64,000 nt of DNA, taken from contig MCFE01000090.1 of the NCBI GenBank assembly GCA_002104905.1, positions 62,001 to 126,000 on the forward strand. Direction: 5' to 3'. Origin of the DNA: Basidiobolus meristosporus CBS 931.73 (lineage: Eukaryota > Fungi > Basidiobolomycota). The notes beneath the pieces were generated by a model. That model saw nothing but the letters and a program-made list of their open reading frames with translations, ran no database searches and was not told where the DNA came from. Positions 1-13,036 of this stretch are shown piece by piece (within the stretch, counting starts at the first letter, position 1; every line of letters starts with the position of its first letter). A program made the position numbers and the translations under genes.

Positions 1-2557
1 TGATGTCTCCCAAAGGACAAAATTGCCAAACAACAGCTCATGAGGTGTTACATCATGGGCTTACACAATGAAGTAAGATGTAAGGCATCCAAAGAACAAT
101 GGGGATGTAAAATGTTGCAAGAGTTGGTCAAACAGTTACAAGGGGTCATCTTGCTATGGAGGCTACCCTATAGTGATACAAGTGATTGAAGGACAGGGAT
201 CCCCTGTAAGAAAGGAAAAATTGCCTCCCCAAAAGACCATGAGTTAGAGGAATTATGGCAAAAGGTCCAGGAACTCTTGATCATCAATATCCAAGAAGTC
301 CCTAAAGAAGATGATAAACTCTAGGAAGCTGTTGTAGATCTAAAAGCCCAGGTGCAAGCCGTGACCCTACAGATGGAACAACTGCAACAACAGTATCTGT
401 GTTATATATGTGGAGAAGTAGGCCACTGGGCCCACAAATTTGAAAAACAGTATTGAGAAGAACCCATACCAGACACAAAAGAGAAGAAGGCATCAAGATA
501 CAGAATCCCTTGCCAGGAGGCTAACAGGACTCAGTCAATCTAAGCCCTCTGGTCAGAACAGTTGAAGTGCAGAAGAAGAAGCATGAACACCATGCTTCTA
601 GAGAGCAGGCAAAGGAACCTGCAGTAGAGGTTCTGTCAAAAGGAAAGAATGTTGAATTGGGTGAAGAAGTTTGGAATGAGCCTTGGGAAGAAGTGTTGCA
701 GCAAACAATGAATGCTAGTACATCTTCCCATGGCCTATTCCCCATAATGAAGGTATTAGAGCAAGCCAAGGCAACCCTCCCAATAACCAATTTACTGGGA
801 CTTGCCCCAGCTCTACTCAAGGAGCTGATAGAGGGATTGAAGGGGATAACAACCCTTCACGTCCACCAGACGGTCCTACAAAAACCAAATAAGGGTACAT
901 ATGTAAAGGTACATATAGAGAATAAGGAAATTCTTGCCCTAATTGCCACAGGATCCTCTATACTGATCATGTCAGAGTCATTAGCAAACGTCTAAAGTTA
1001 GATATAGTCCCCAACAACACCATTCAAGTACAGCTAGCAAATGACCAACTGGACACAACAGTAGGAGTGGTGCCTAATTGACCCATCCAGCTAGGCAACT
1101 TGATTATACACCAAGATGTTGTGGTCCTACCTGTTACAGCCAACAACTTACTCATTGGCAAGAGCAATTTATCCAACATGAGATGGACATACTCTACAGT
1201 GCATCTGAACTTAGGTGGGACACCAAGAGTATCCCACTGATTCATATCACCAGTAAGAGCAAGGTGCATAGCAACAGTGTGACAATTGAAGAGGTGAAGC
1301 TGTTGCAGTCTCCAATCATCACACAAAAGGTGAGAAAAATACCACTAGCCAGCAAGATGGTGATCTCATTAAAGTTGCCAATAGCTTATTTGACAAGTGG
1401 AAGAATGATAACTGCAACAAATATATCCAAGTAACTGGAAGGAATCTTGATCTCTAAAGTATGGATACCACCAAAATTTGAAGCATAAAGTCTGAAGTGC
1501 TTAGTGGTTGACAACAGGCAACACACAGTGACACTGTCTAGAGGAGTGTCATTGCTAAACCTAGAGGAAGTCAACAGAAACAACCAAGGACTGTCTACAA
1601 ACAAGGAACCAGAAGAGGAACTCCCCAAACTAGATGTGGACCCCGGTCTACCACTTACTTTGGGAGACAAGTTCCTAGAACACTTGCCTGAGTATTCTCT
1701 AAGAACCAAGTAATTGGCCATATACCTGGAGTATATCACCAAATCCACCTAGCTAACAAATACCATATCTAGCAAAAAGCCTATAGGAACTCAAAAATTG
1801 ACACAGATTATATCAAAGTGACAATTGAGACTTTATTAAAGGATGGCATCATTACCGAAAGCCATTCTCCATGGGCCTCCCCTGTAGTGATTGTCCCAAA
1901 GAAAGACGGAAAGCAATGTTTTTGCATTGACTACCAAAAACTAAACTATGTTGCCCAGAAGGATGTGTATTCACTACCGCAAATAGACAACCCCTTGGAC
2001 AGACTAATTTGAGCTAAATATTTTAGCTCACTTGATTTAATCTCCATGTATTGGCAAGTAGAAGTAGCCACAGAAGATTGACCCAAAACCGCTTTTATAG
2101 CATTGTTTGGATTACACAAATGGAACCAACTACCCTTTGGCATGTGCAATGCTCCCGCTACATTCCAAAGGATGAATGACAAGGTGCTAGGAAATTTACA
2201 ATGGGAATGTGCTCTCATGTATCTGGACAACATCACTATATTCCCCCAATGTAGAAGAACATATACACAACGTGGAATGTAACCTGACAGTTCTCCTTCA
2301 GAACCAACTCAAACTACATCGCAAGAGTGCCATTTCCTGTATACACAAGATCTTGGCCGACGGGATATATTAATTCTACCTTACTCCTAAAGGCCGTTCA
2401 AGATACACTCACACCAAAGTATATCAATACAGTGTCGGGATTCCTAGGATCACCCAGTACAGATTGATGCAAAAGGCCAGTGTTTGTGTGGTTGGAGCCT
2501 CAAAAGAGAGCATTCAATCAGCTGAAGCATTCCCTGATGTCACGGCCAGTTTTACAT

Positions 2558-3619
2558 TGTGGTGGTGTATAGGTCCAAGGGAGAGATATGTCCAACACTT
2601 CTCAAGTGTTTTTGTGTATGGGGTGTTCACTGGCTGCAATAACCTCAGGCAAAAGCTTACTAGGAGTACTTGGGTTCTGTCTCTAATCTAATGTGTTGGG
2701 AAATAAAGCCACAAGCTTGTCAAGGGAAAACTACTGAGCTACAATTCCCAACTTAATTGGCGTCTTAACAAAAGTATGTGCTGGGTTCAGTGTCCTTTGA
2801 GATGACAATGTACCAAAGCTTCCAAAGTCACAACAACTGTAAACTCCACCAACAGCAACTTGATAAGAGTGCAGCTGTGGTCAATAGTTACAAAGACAGA
2901 TAAGTATCTTTGCCTGTACAAGAACAAACTTGGGAAAGAATCAAATATAATAAAAGATACCTACTCTGAGTATTCCTCACAAGTAGTGCCTCCAAGGTCA
3001 GTTGGCTGTCAGCACAGTTTCCTGAGAGTGTCCTGTGGTCTGGGGTTGAAAGTTCAGGTAGCAGCAGGTAGCAGTGATCACACTAATCAACAAGTTGGTA
3101 TATTGATAAAAGGGATGATGATTTATTGTTGAGGGATAGCCTCCCTTATATACTTTTCTCACTGGCTAAGTGAATACTAATCATGGTGTTCCAAAAGGTT
3201 CCAGATATCAATAGAAATCTCAATGACATCAGAATGACCTAAGAATGTTCTAAGTAGGTGCCAGAAGGTTCTAAGAGGCACAGCACATCCAACCAATCAG
3301 GAATCAGTATTCTGAAACCTGCATAACCTAGGGATATATAGTATGGAAATGGTAAGGATGGTGACACCGGTTGATTATGCATCACAGGTACTGAGGCAGG
3401 TACTTGCCTAATATAGAGGCACTTGCTGCTAGTAATCTTACGTAAATTGCGGGATAACCTATGCAATAAGGTAAGCAGGTGTGATAGTCAACCAGCTTAT
3501 GGGATAGTACTGACCAGGTAAGACAAATGGGATAAGACTAAAATAAATGTAGTAGAGAAATAGGGAAGTAGAAAATATGGGAATGAGCACATCTGTCAGT
3601 GGGTGTCACTGTCACCACA
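2558..3619. repeat. Solo LTR (family D-related, about 1.06 kb) inserted between RT and RNase H of the gypsy relic
   Basis: Termini TGTGGTG...CACCACA. The host pol frame resumes on both sides (PVL / QCFSN). It matches the reverse complement of 33856-34410 closely and of the LTRs at 40143 and 52803 more distantly. The TSD is ambiguous (ttaca/ctaca). Confidence 0.8.
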
Positions 3620-5508
3620 CTACAATGTTTTTCCAATTGGGATGCAAGATTTTTTATTAACTATGATGGAAGTCTCACTGGTATAGGCACTGCACTGGGT
3701 CAATACCACCAACCCAGAAATTCCACCCAATTGGTAAGTGAGCCATTTGCTAAACAAACACAGACATCACTACCCTGTTACCAAGATATAACATCTGGCT
3801 GTTGTTTATTCAATTAAACAATTCCACACATACATATATGGTTGCCAATTCACAATAGTAACAGACCACAACACATTGGTCTGACTGATGAAAACTAAAG
3901 ACTTTACCAGTTGACTAGCACATTGGGCCCTCCAACTACAAGAATGTAACTTCAAAATAATTCATTGTGCTGGCAAGAAACATCAGGATGCAGACTTCCT
4001 CAATTGCTATCCTGTTTGCCAAGTACGTGTCAGCAATGACTACAAGGATGTAATCTGCTTCAATAGAAGGGGAGGTACCCCAAACATGTTGTTACAAACA
4101 AGCAGAAGAGAGACTTTTAAAGGAAATGGTGTCAGTACAAAGTACAAGAAATCCAATTATAGTTCCTTCAAGGACAGTTCAGAGTCAAGGTACCCCCAGC
4201 AACTGACTGCAAAGAAATCATACAAGAAAGACATATGTGATTATGACATGCTAACCCCCTAACAACATGTATGTTGTAAAGAAAGACACTTTATTGAAAA
4301 AAATAAAATGATGACCTATGTCACCAATATGTTACAAAGATGCTCCACCTGCAAAAGATTTAACCGGAGTCAGAAGATAGGGACAACAGCACCAATACCA
4401 GTTGATCTACCTTTCCACCAAGTAGGAATTGACTTTGTTGGCCCCTTTATAAAAACAAAGAAAGGAGAACAATACATCATAGTTGCTACCAATTATTTTT
4501 AAAAGTGAGTAGAAGCCCAAGCCATTCAACATAAAGATCAGAAGACAACTGCCCAATTCATTCTAGAGCACCTCATCTGCTGGCATGGATATCCTCAGAT
4601 ACTCCTGTCCAACAATAGTTGTTCCTTCCTGAACAATGCCATGGCCCATTTGTGCAAAATGATGGGCATGAAGCAGGTCTTCATGGCCATGTATCACCCC
4701 CTGACCAACAGCTTAACCAAGAGGATGAACCAGACATGTTGCCTCATACTAGAGAAGCTTCACTGGGAACTTCCTCAGTCACAGGCCAAGCTGCTCCCAC
4801 TGACACTCCTAGCAATGCATTCAATACCAAATATAACAACAGGTTTTTCCCCATACAAAGTTCTGAATGAACAAAGGCCCAAGTGGCATGAAGAAGCTGG
4901 ATTGTCAATGGAAGGTGTCCCCTTGACAACACATAACAACTATGTATTTTGATTGATACACTGCATTGCCCACCTATACATAGAAGTATTCAAAAATGTC
5001 AACAAGTATTGCCCCTCCACCCAAAAATGAGAAACTAATGGGACAAAAATGGAAACCAATCAATAAGGTGTGGTACAGCCAAACCTATGCAGGCCTCAAG
5101 CTTTGCCCACAATTTACACCGCAAAGGATTGACCCTTGCACTGTAATTAGTTTGGGTTGCAGACCAAAGTACACCATCACCCTGAATAACTAGACAATCA
5201 GCAATGTAGCACCAGCGCATCTGAAACCATTTCATGATGATCCACCAATCATCACTGAAGCCAAAGTGTGATCAAACAACTATCAAGGCAAGGATAGAGG
5301 AAGACACAGGATACATATGAAGTTTAGCAGAGGAGATTTTAGTCAATATAGGTACAAATGATATGCGCAAGGAAGTTTGCCCACAAGGAGAACAAAAGAA
5401 TGCATATGGAAGGCACCAAAGGAAACAGTTTACCTGAAACTGGTGATGCCCCTCCCACCAGCAAGAATCAAAATGATATTGAAAACAAGACCAACCTGTA
5501 AGCGTTGA

Positions 5509-6567
5509 GTGATATGGTACAAGCATAACATGCAACAAGAGCCACCTATGAAGAGTTGTTTGCAGAGCAGTCACATTGATACAAGACATGATAAGAGAGG
5601 GACAAGACAAGTTAACACGCTAATACAAAGCATGCAGAAACAACCCAAGAAGACCATGCACTACCTGAGAGGAGGTTCCTTGATCATTAAGGAGAAGGAT
5701 GCCACACTGATTCCCATATCTGTATTGAACACAGTCAGACAGAAGATGCAAGGAATGAGCTGTTGCACCCTCACAAGGCTTTGAGAGCCTTCCTGTTTTG
5801 TTGCATACTTGCCATTAATAGGTACCACAGCTGTTGAGGTATACACAGACATGGTACCAGCCACAAGAGCACCAGAAGTAGAACTCCCAGTTGAAGGACC
5901 CCTCTAAGATATTTGCAAACATCTTAAATTGCATTTTCAAGAAGGAACCATCCTATAGAAGATACGCAAACAGATTAAGTACACCTGCCAGTTGACCCAT
6001 GCAATCCACCAAGTTGCTGTGTTACAGCTATTACAGTGGTTTACTATAGGACTACTCAGGCACCAGTACCAAGTCCAACTCCAAGAAGCCAAAGAAACCA
6101 CCACAGACTCTGTAGAAACCATGAGGTAAGTGCAAAAGTGCCTTGATTGCGCCACAGTCTCTATTGAAGAACTACAATATGTCTTGGAAGAAACAAAAAC
6201 TTGTTATTGACAACAGGTGACTGCCAACCAAGTGTACACCCTCTTCAAAAGAGCCCTTTCCATCATGTAGAACACAACAAGGACAAGCCCCAACAACATA
6301 TGCAAGGTAAAGAAGCAAGACTTTATTGCATTACTGCATCTCTTCTTGTTCTGCAACCCTCCCAAGGAACCTACCCAGAACCCTATGGTTTGCCAATTGT
6401 TTGGCTCTGTGGAAAACATCCCTCAAGCAAAGCAGGTCACACCCCATTCTGCCACCAAATGGTATCAGATACTTGCCTGCAACCCTCTTGCAAGTGATAA
6501 CCAGCAATGCTACTATAGTGACTCCCCATGCTCCATAAACAAAATCAAACCTGGAGAAGCAATTTAG
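5509..6567 (+). pseudogene. Possible decayed extra ORF (about 350 codons) downstream of the gypsy integrase
   Basis: One frame (+1) carries track ORFs 5509-5784 and 6346-6567, with only six internal stops. It includes a coiled-coil-like stretch QYQVQLQEAKETTTDSVETMR. Confidence 0.45.
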
Positions 6568-6899
6568 TCAAAGAATTTCAAGGGCAAAGCTCTCTCTTAA
6601 CCACCAGGATTTATGAGTACTAAACATAGTACCCATTTTTTGCCCAAGAGTTCTCCCCAGAGTCTTACCCAAAGTCCCCCAGTGTCCTCCCTATAATTCC
6701 CCCATGTGTCCTCCCTCCTATTCATGCCCTTATCTAGTTAGAACACTTACCATAACAGGAAGGTGTTCACACCCCTATTTTATAACACATGGACTATTAT
6801 CTAAGCCCCCCAAGTGATATATATATATGTATATCCAATTGAATCAAGTGAGTGAACAAGATTTTTGGATGGAATAAACACAAGTCTTTATTACTTTGC

Positions 6900-8125
6900 T
6901 ACCTTCTATCAGAAGCTATTCTGAACCAAGTGGTACTAACTTGGCCAACAAGCACTCCCACTCACCAAGTACAGTCAGTAATAACCCACACTGGTGCTTG
7001 GGTAATAATATTATGTGTGAGTTATGGAGTAGATCCCCTGCATCTCACACATTCAACATCAATACCGTCCATTGTGCCAGGAGAAACCTGCTATCTTGCT
7101 GATGGCTGGGGTATCTCCAATGAAGATAACAATATGCACTTTTACATGACAGCTATTAATTGTTAACCCACTGGAAAGCATACAAAGTTCATCCAGCAAT
7201 GGTTACAGATAGCTATCCAGGTTGGATGGTGATTTAGGCCCAGATACCAGTGAGATTACCATCAGACTATTGCTGTGATATTGCAAGAAGGGTGGCAGCT
7301 TCAGATTGATGAAAATCAGTGGTCTGTAGGATTTGCTGGTAGAGTACTTGTTTAATGATAATCCATCAAGTGCTAAAGCAATGGCATGGTCATACATACC
7401 TTCAAAGTACCCCTTTGTCATAGCTGTTTGTAATGTTTCACATCAAATAAATTGGATATGTTTGTGAATGATTGATACTGAGTGCGGTACTGTATAGCTT
7501 TGCAATATTTGTTGGACTGCATCAGCTTCCTCAGCTGGAGTATGACCAGAATATATCTGGAGTGTGAACAATGTTTTCTCTCAATGGTGGTGGATTCCTG
7601 ACAATTTGAACACCTTGCAATGGTAGCATTTTTGGATGTAAATGCCATGTAACTGTTAACACATGATGGAATCAGGACAGTCTCTGGATCATATATTGCC
7701 AGCTGCATGATGGTTGTCCACTTGTAACATATATATGGTAAGTTGCATCCTGGTATGATTTTGGCAACAAGTAGTAATAAATCCTCAAAGCCCCCATTAC
7801 TGATATTAGTGGAAATGTGCCACTTCTCTAGCCATAACATTACATCATTCACCAGTATATGGAATACTGGGCTCACTTGGCTCCATAAAGTATCCTTGGC
7901 ATTTGTTTCAATGGATGTTGTTGCATTGCATATAGGGATTTGACCAGGCTCATATTTGGTACAGTTATTAGAGGAGATAGGCTCAAAATCCATCAGTAAA
8001 CCTTCTTTGTCTGAGCTATCACTATGCATGCCATATCCAGAAGGCTGAGGAGAGCCAAATGGTGCAACAAACTCACCTGAATCCGTTTTTGCAAGGTGAC
8101 AAAGATGGCCAGGTGCCAATATCAA
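6900..8125 (-). pseudogene. CACTA/EnSpm (Tnp2-like) transposase relic, copy 1
   Basis: Translates as AIALALDGLSLNKY...PLIFINLKLPP...SLVSGPKSPSNLDSYL, then GDTPAISKIAGFSWHNGRY.C.MC...YYYP. These match the motif series of fungal CACTA transposases. Upstream C-x2-C motif RCSNCQ. Confidence 0.75.
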
Positions 8126-9279
8126 AGTATCAACTGGCTGGCAAGATAGTGTTGGTACAGTAGTGACCTATGAATGGTCAAATATGACTTGGGTGGCAAA
8201 GTACTGGCAGTGATCCTTGTAACAGTTCCTATGCTGTCTTCATGCTTCAAGGCTGTGAAGCTTGCCACAATAGCCACATAGTCTTTTCTCTCTTCTCTTA
8301 TGGCATTGAGTCAATGAAGTCTTGTCCATGGGGCAAACAGTTTGACCTTTAACAATATAATGCTATTATATCACTTTTTGGTCAATACTCATGTGGGTTT
8401 AAGACAGTATTATATTTGAGTCATTGCACCTATATGAATGTAAGATTCATTGATGACCCACCATGGTAAGCATTATAAATAAGGTTATGGCACCACATAC
8501 ACATGTATATAACACTATTCCCCTTTGGTTTGACTCACTTTCATATATATGCTGCCATAAAATAAAGCAACATTGCTTGGTTCCCAACTAAACCCCACCA
8601 CTGATGGCAACAGAAAAACAGTTTGACAACAACTTGCTTTGACATTCAGTGCAACAAGCCGGGCTACATCCAAAAAAGGCCCTGTAGACAGCGTGCCCAT
8701 TGAAGGTAATAGTGCCAACTCCTCAGGCTCTCAGTCAAGTAGGTAATTGAGAGCCTCTGCGGAGCCACAAGCTGACCATTATGCTCAGGCAGACAGGAAT
8801 GTAGTAAATGCAGTACACTCAGCTGAAGACCAGCAAGTGGCCATGATAACATCACCACCACCCATATTAGCAAGTATGTTGTCAGCTCATACCAAAGCAT
8901 TAATGAAGCAATTAGGTGCAGTGGCAGATAGCATAGATGCAATGGCCCAGAGAAATCAGGCAATAGTCCAGAGACGGGATGAGCAGATAGTACTTGTAGA
9001 GCAATCAATATCCCAGCAAAAGAAAGCAGTACTTTTGCTGCATAGAAGGAACTCAAGTTGCTCAATGTCACAGCCAAGAATTGAGCCATTTCCTGATGTA
9101 ACAGCAGGAGAACACCATACAGTCTTTGAAGCTCAACAATAGTGCCCAAAGATAAAGCCCACAGAAAAACCTATCACTGCATGTGAGGGAGACAAAGTGG
9201 TGTTTATATCAAAGCCTAAAAATCAAAATTCATTGAAGATCTGTGAAGCAGTTGAGTGCAATAATGAAGAGTGGGGGAA

Positions 9280-10014
9280 TAGACTTGTTCTGTTGGATAG
9301 TGCCACATTGAGCCATGAGTGCCAAATGATGCCATAGTGTGCCAAAGAGGCCAAGTGAGCCTATACTTGGCCACAGAGTGTGAAACATAGCTCTGCATCT
9401 TCTTGCAAAGTGGCACTTGTGTTTCACCCATTGTGCTGGAGAAAATCCATTTTTTGACCTATTTTTTTGGATCAATGTGGTGCAGGATGTGCAAGAGCAC
9501 AAAAGAATTGAAAATATGTGCCAGGTACTCAGTACCCATGGCACCCTGAATCTAGCTCCTGTGGCTTGTATCATGTCACAAGAATGCATGGCACTATCTT
9601 GGTCCACTGGTACTATCAGGCACTATATTTAATTATTAGCCTTAAAGTAAAACCTGTATAAGGCACTCATAGTGCCAGATAGTACCAGTGGATCAAGATA
9701 GTGCCATGCATTTTTGCAACATGATACAAGCCACAAGAGCTAGACTCAAAGTGCCATGGGTAATGAGTCTCAGATGCATGTCTTCAGTCCTTCTGTGCAC
9801 TCACACATCCTGAACAATGTTGATCCAAAAAAAAGGTCAAAAAATGGATATTCTCTGGCACAATGGGTGAGACACAGGGGCTGCTTTGCATGAAGATGAA
9901 GAGTCATGCTTCACACTCGGAGGCCAAGTTTAGGTCTGCTACACCTTTCTGGCATGCAATGGCACTATCTGGCACCCATGGCTCAATGTGGCATTATCCA
10001 ACAGAACAAGTCTA
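9280..10014. mobile_element. Foldback / MITE-like element: two inverted arms of about 346 bp around a 42-bp spacer
   Basis: The left arm 9280-9626 (TAGACTTGTTCTGTTGGATAGTGCCAC...) is the imperfect reverse complement of the right arm 9669-10014 (...GTGGCATTATCCAACAGAACAAGTCTA). The element is absent from the paralogous R unit near 12810. The terminal TA may be a TSD. Confidence 0.9.
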
Positions 10015-10289
10015 GTATACTAGTGGCTGTCAGAAGTCTAGCATGCCATCACCTTAAGGCCAGCATACCATGGGACCATCAGAAACTCAAGGCCAAGCAG
10101 AATGCACTTGACTTGCTACATGAGCATTATCCTGGATTCAAATGGGAAAACAGATTTTGGGCCAGCACTGGTATGCTAAGTAAGTATCTTTAGAAAAGCA
10201 GAAATAATCAAAGGTGGAAGAGCAAGGGTGCCATGGCTAAAAACCAATGGCTTCCTCCAGAGCCTGTAACAAGCAGGGCCAAAAGCTCC

Positions 10290-10710
10290 AGACTAGTGTC
10301 AAAGAGACGTCAGGTAGCTGGAAGACTGCCAATTAGGGACAAGCAGGCAGACACAGATGCACCAGCACAACATCTGTCAAGGAAAAGGCATAGTACCACT
10401 CAAGAAGCACCCAGTCAAAGTAGCAGTGAAGCACCTGGCAGTGATAAAAACCTGCCACTTTTACAGGTGCCTGTCACTACTACAAATGAGAGCTCAAAAC
10501 AAGCAGAAAAGAGATGTCAGGTTGCCAGAAGAGTGCCAGTAAGGGATAAGCAGGCCAAATAGATGTGTCAGAGCAGAATTTATCCAGGAGAAAACATAGT
10601 TCTTCACAAGAAGCACTCAGAAAAAGTAGCATTGAAAGACCTGTCAGTGATAAAGGAAAAGATAAAGGGAAAGATGTAAGCCCAAGCCTTAGACAGGGTG
10701 ACATGCAAAG
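10290..10710 (+). repeat. Internal tandem duplication of about 210 bp within the family R ORF
   Basis: AAAGAGACGTCAGGTAGCTGGAAGAC (near 10301) recurs as AAAGAGATGTCAGGTTGCCAGAAGAG (near 10509). AAGAAGCACCCAGTCAAAGTAGCAGTG (near 10402) recurs near 10608. Confidence 0.7.
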
Positions 10711-13036
10711 AAAACTACAGCTCATGCCAATGAACATTGCAATCCTGGAACAGACTGAATCCCATCATAGCCAAGAAGACTTACCAGCAAGAAAATAGCT
10801 GTTTTCACAAGAGTTGGGAGCGCAGCTTGTTGCGCTACACTCCAGCAAGGTAGATGAGTTTGCTGAAAAAGACAACTTGTCTACCAGAGCCCCAACATCC
10901 TCCATTGTGAACAGAGTGGAGATCCCACTGACAGACAAGGCTGCATCATCAAGAGCTTGAAAGACTATTGCAATGCCTTCATTGATATTTAGGAACATTA
11001 ATAGGCACACCAAGAGGATGCAGCACTTCTTCAAGAGCAGTGCTCAAGAGAACACACCTGAATATTGCAAGAATTTATTGCAAACATTGGCATTTCAGGT
11101 GCTAGACCTTGCAGTGCCAGCTGAGGACCAGGACATGTGGGAACCAGTGAATGAACGGTGGCATAAAGCCATTGGGTTCCTACCAAAGTTGTAGAACCAG
11201 AGTATTAAAGCAGAAATACTTATTGAGTGGTGGATGTAAATGACATAACTTGTTGAGTGTGTTAGGCTTAATGTTAGTGTAAGCTATAGGGACTTATATA
11301 CGTCAATACAATTGGCAATTGTACCACAACTGAAGGTTCAACAGAAATCAATCAATTTGTATGCATGAAAAGTAAGAGAAACAGCTGAGTCAGGAAGTAA
11401 GGAGCGTGAAAAAGAAGAAATAGCCAACCAATGCACACAAATGTGGGAGGCAATAAAGTGTCTGGGACCAGAAAGTGAGCAAATTGGCAGGGAACCAATC
11501 AAAAGCCACTTATGCATTGCTGTAATGAAAAATATGGACTAAGTTTTTGTGAAATCTAGGGTGCAATTATTTTTCAACGGTCTCTGGACTGTGTCTTGAT
11601 GGTTTCAGTACCTCTTAGTAACAGGACTTTAACTTTGTGATGGCCTTTTAACAGGATTGTCTCAATAATTATTCATAGGGTATATTGATGGTACCATAGT
11701 ACATAATGGATGGTAAAATATGACTTGCGTGGCAAAACACTGGCCATTGTCCTTGTAACACATCCTATGTTGTCTGCATGCTTCACAGCAGAGAAGCTTA
11801 TTACAAAAGCCACATAGTCTTTTTTCTCTTCTCTTACAGTGTTGTATCTTACTGGTCTGCTGCTTGGGACAAACAGCTTGACACCCCGCAATGCAATGCT
11901 ATTTTCTCTCTTTTTTTGTAAAACTTATGTGAGATCAAGACAGTCTTATATTCAAGATATTGCACCTACATGAATGTAAGATTCAATAATGACCTGCCAA
12001 TATAGGCCTTATAAATAAAGCTGTGGCACCAAATACCCATGTATATATACAACCATTTACTCTTTGGTTTTACTCACTTCCATATATATATGCAGCCAAA
12101 AAATAAAGTAAAGTTCCCAGGTTCCCAACCAAACTGCACTACTGACAGTAGCTGAGGAACAGTAAGACAACTGCTTGCTTTAACTTTCAGTGTTACAAGC
12201 AGGGCTGCATCCAAAAAAGGCCATCTTGTCTGTGTGCCCACTGAGGGTATTAATGTTGACTCCTCTGGCTCCCAGTCAAGTATTCAAATGTGAATCTATA
12301 CAGAGCTGCAAGCTGACCATGATACTTGGGCAGATGTTAATGTAGCAAATGTAGTACCCTGGGTTGAAGACCAGCAAGTGGATGTCATAGCATCACCACC
12401 ACCTGTATTAGCAAGCTTGTTGTCAGCCCCTACCAGAGCACTAATGTGGCAATTAGGTACAGTGGCTGATAGAATAGATGCAATGGCCCAGAGAAATCAA
12501 GAAATAGCCCCAAAACAGGATGAGCAGAAGACATATGTAGAGCATTTGATTTCCCAGGTACAGAATGCAGTGTCTTTGCTTCAAAAAAAGAACTCAAATA
12601 GCTCAGTGTCACAGCAAAGAATTGGACCCATTTCTCAATGTAACAGCAGTGGAACACTATTCAGTCTCTGAAGCACAGCAACAGTACCCAAAGATAAGGC
12701 CCACATAAAAATGCATCACAGTATAGGAGGAAGAAACTGTGGTGCTTATATCTAAGCCCAAAAAATAAAAAAAAATTAAGACCAATGAATCTGTTGAGTG
12801 CAATGATAGAGAGTGGGCAAAAATTGAAGAGGCTGTCAGAAGTCTAGAATAGAATAACCTAAGGCTGGCATACTATGGGACCATCAGAAACTCAAGGCCA
12901 AGCAGAATATGCTTGACTTGTAAGTATATCAAGAATAGCAGAAACTATTATAGGCAGAAGGACAAGGGTGGCATGGCAAAAAACCAGACACTTCCACAAG
13001 AGCTTATCATGAGCAGGGCTGAAAGCTCCAAATATG

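Larger units (their letters stand above)
1..6567 (+). mobile_element. Decayed Ty3/gypsy LTR retrotransposon (gag-PR-RT-RNaseH-IN); 5' end lies outside the window
   Basis: CCHC knuckle CYICGEVGHW near 401-440. Protease-like LIATGSS near 940. RT motifs SPWASPVVIVPKKDG and FCIDYQKLN (1818-2012) and YLDNI near 2221. RNase H-like YDGSLTGIG near 3660. Integrase VGIDFVGP (4308-4502) and a GPY/F-type end HLKPF near 5220. Many stops and frameshifts. Confidence 0.9.
8160..13036 (+). repeat. Unclassified repeat family R: about 1.7 tandem units (8160-11680 and 11680-13036) with a decayed long ORF
   Basis: 8160-9280 aligns with 11680-12830, and 10020-10290 with 12830-13036. ORFs 8747-9142 and 12378-12671 are paralogous (ALMKQLGAVADSIDAMAQRNQ vs ALMWQLGTVADRIDAMAQRNQ). 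Confidence 0.75.

Noticed and set aside
5509-6567. env gene or chromodomain
   Set aside because: I see no signal peptide, transmembrane anchor or aromatic-cage pattern.
6570-6860. 3' LTR of the first gypsy element (pyrimidine-rich direct repeats, TA run)
   Set aside because: There is no clear PPT or TG...CA boundary, and no second copy in the window to confirm it.
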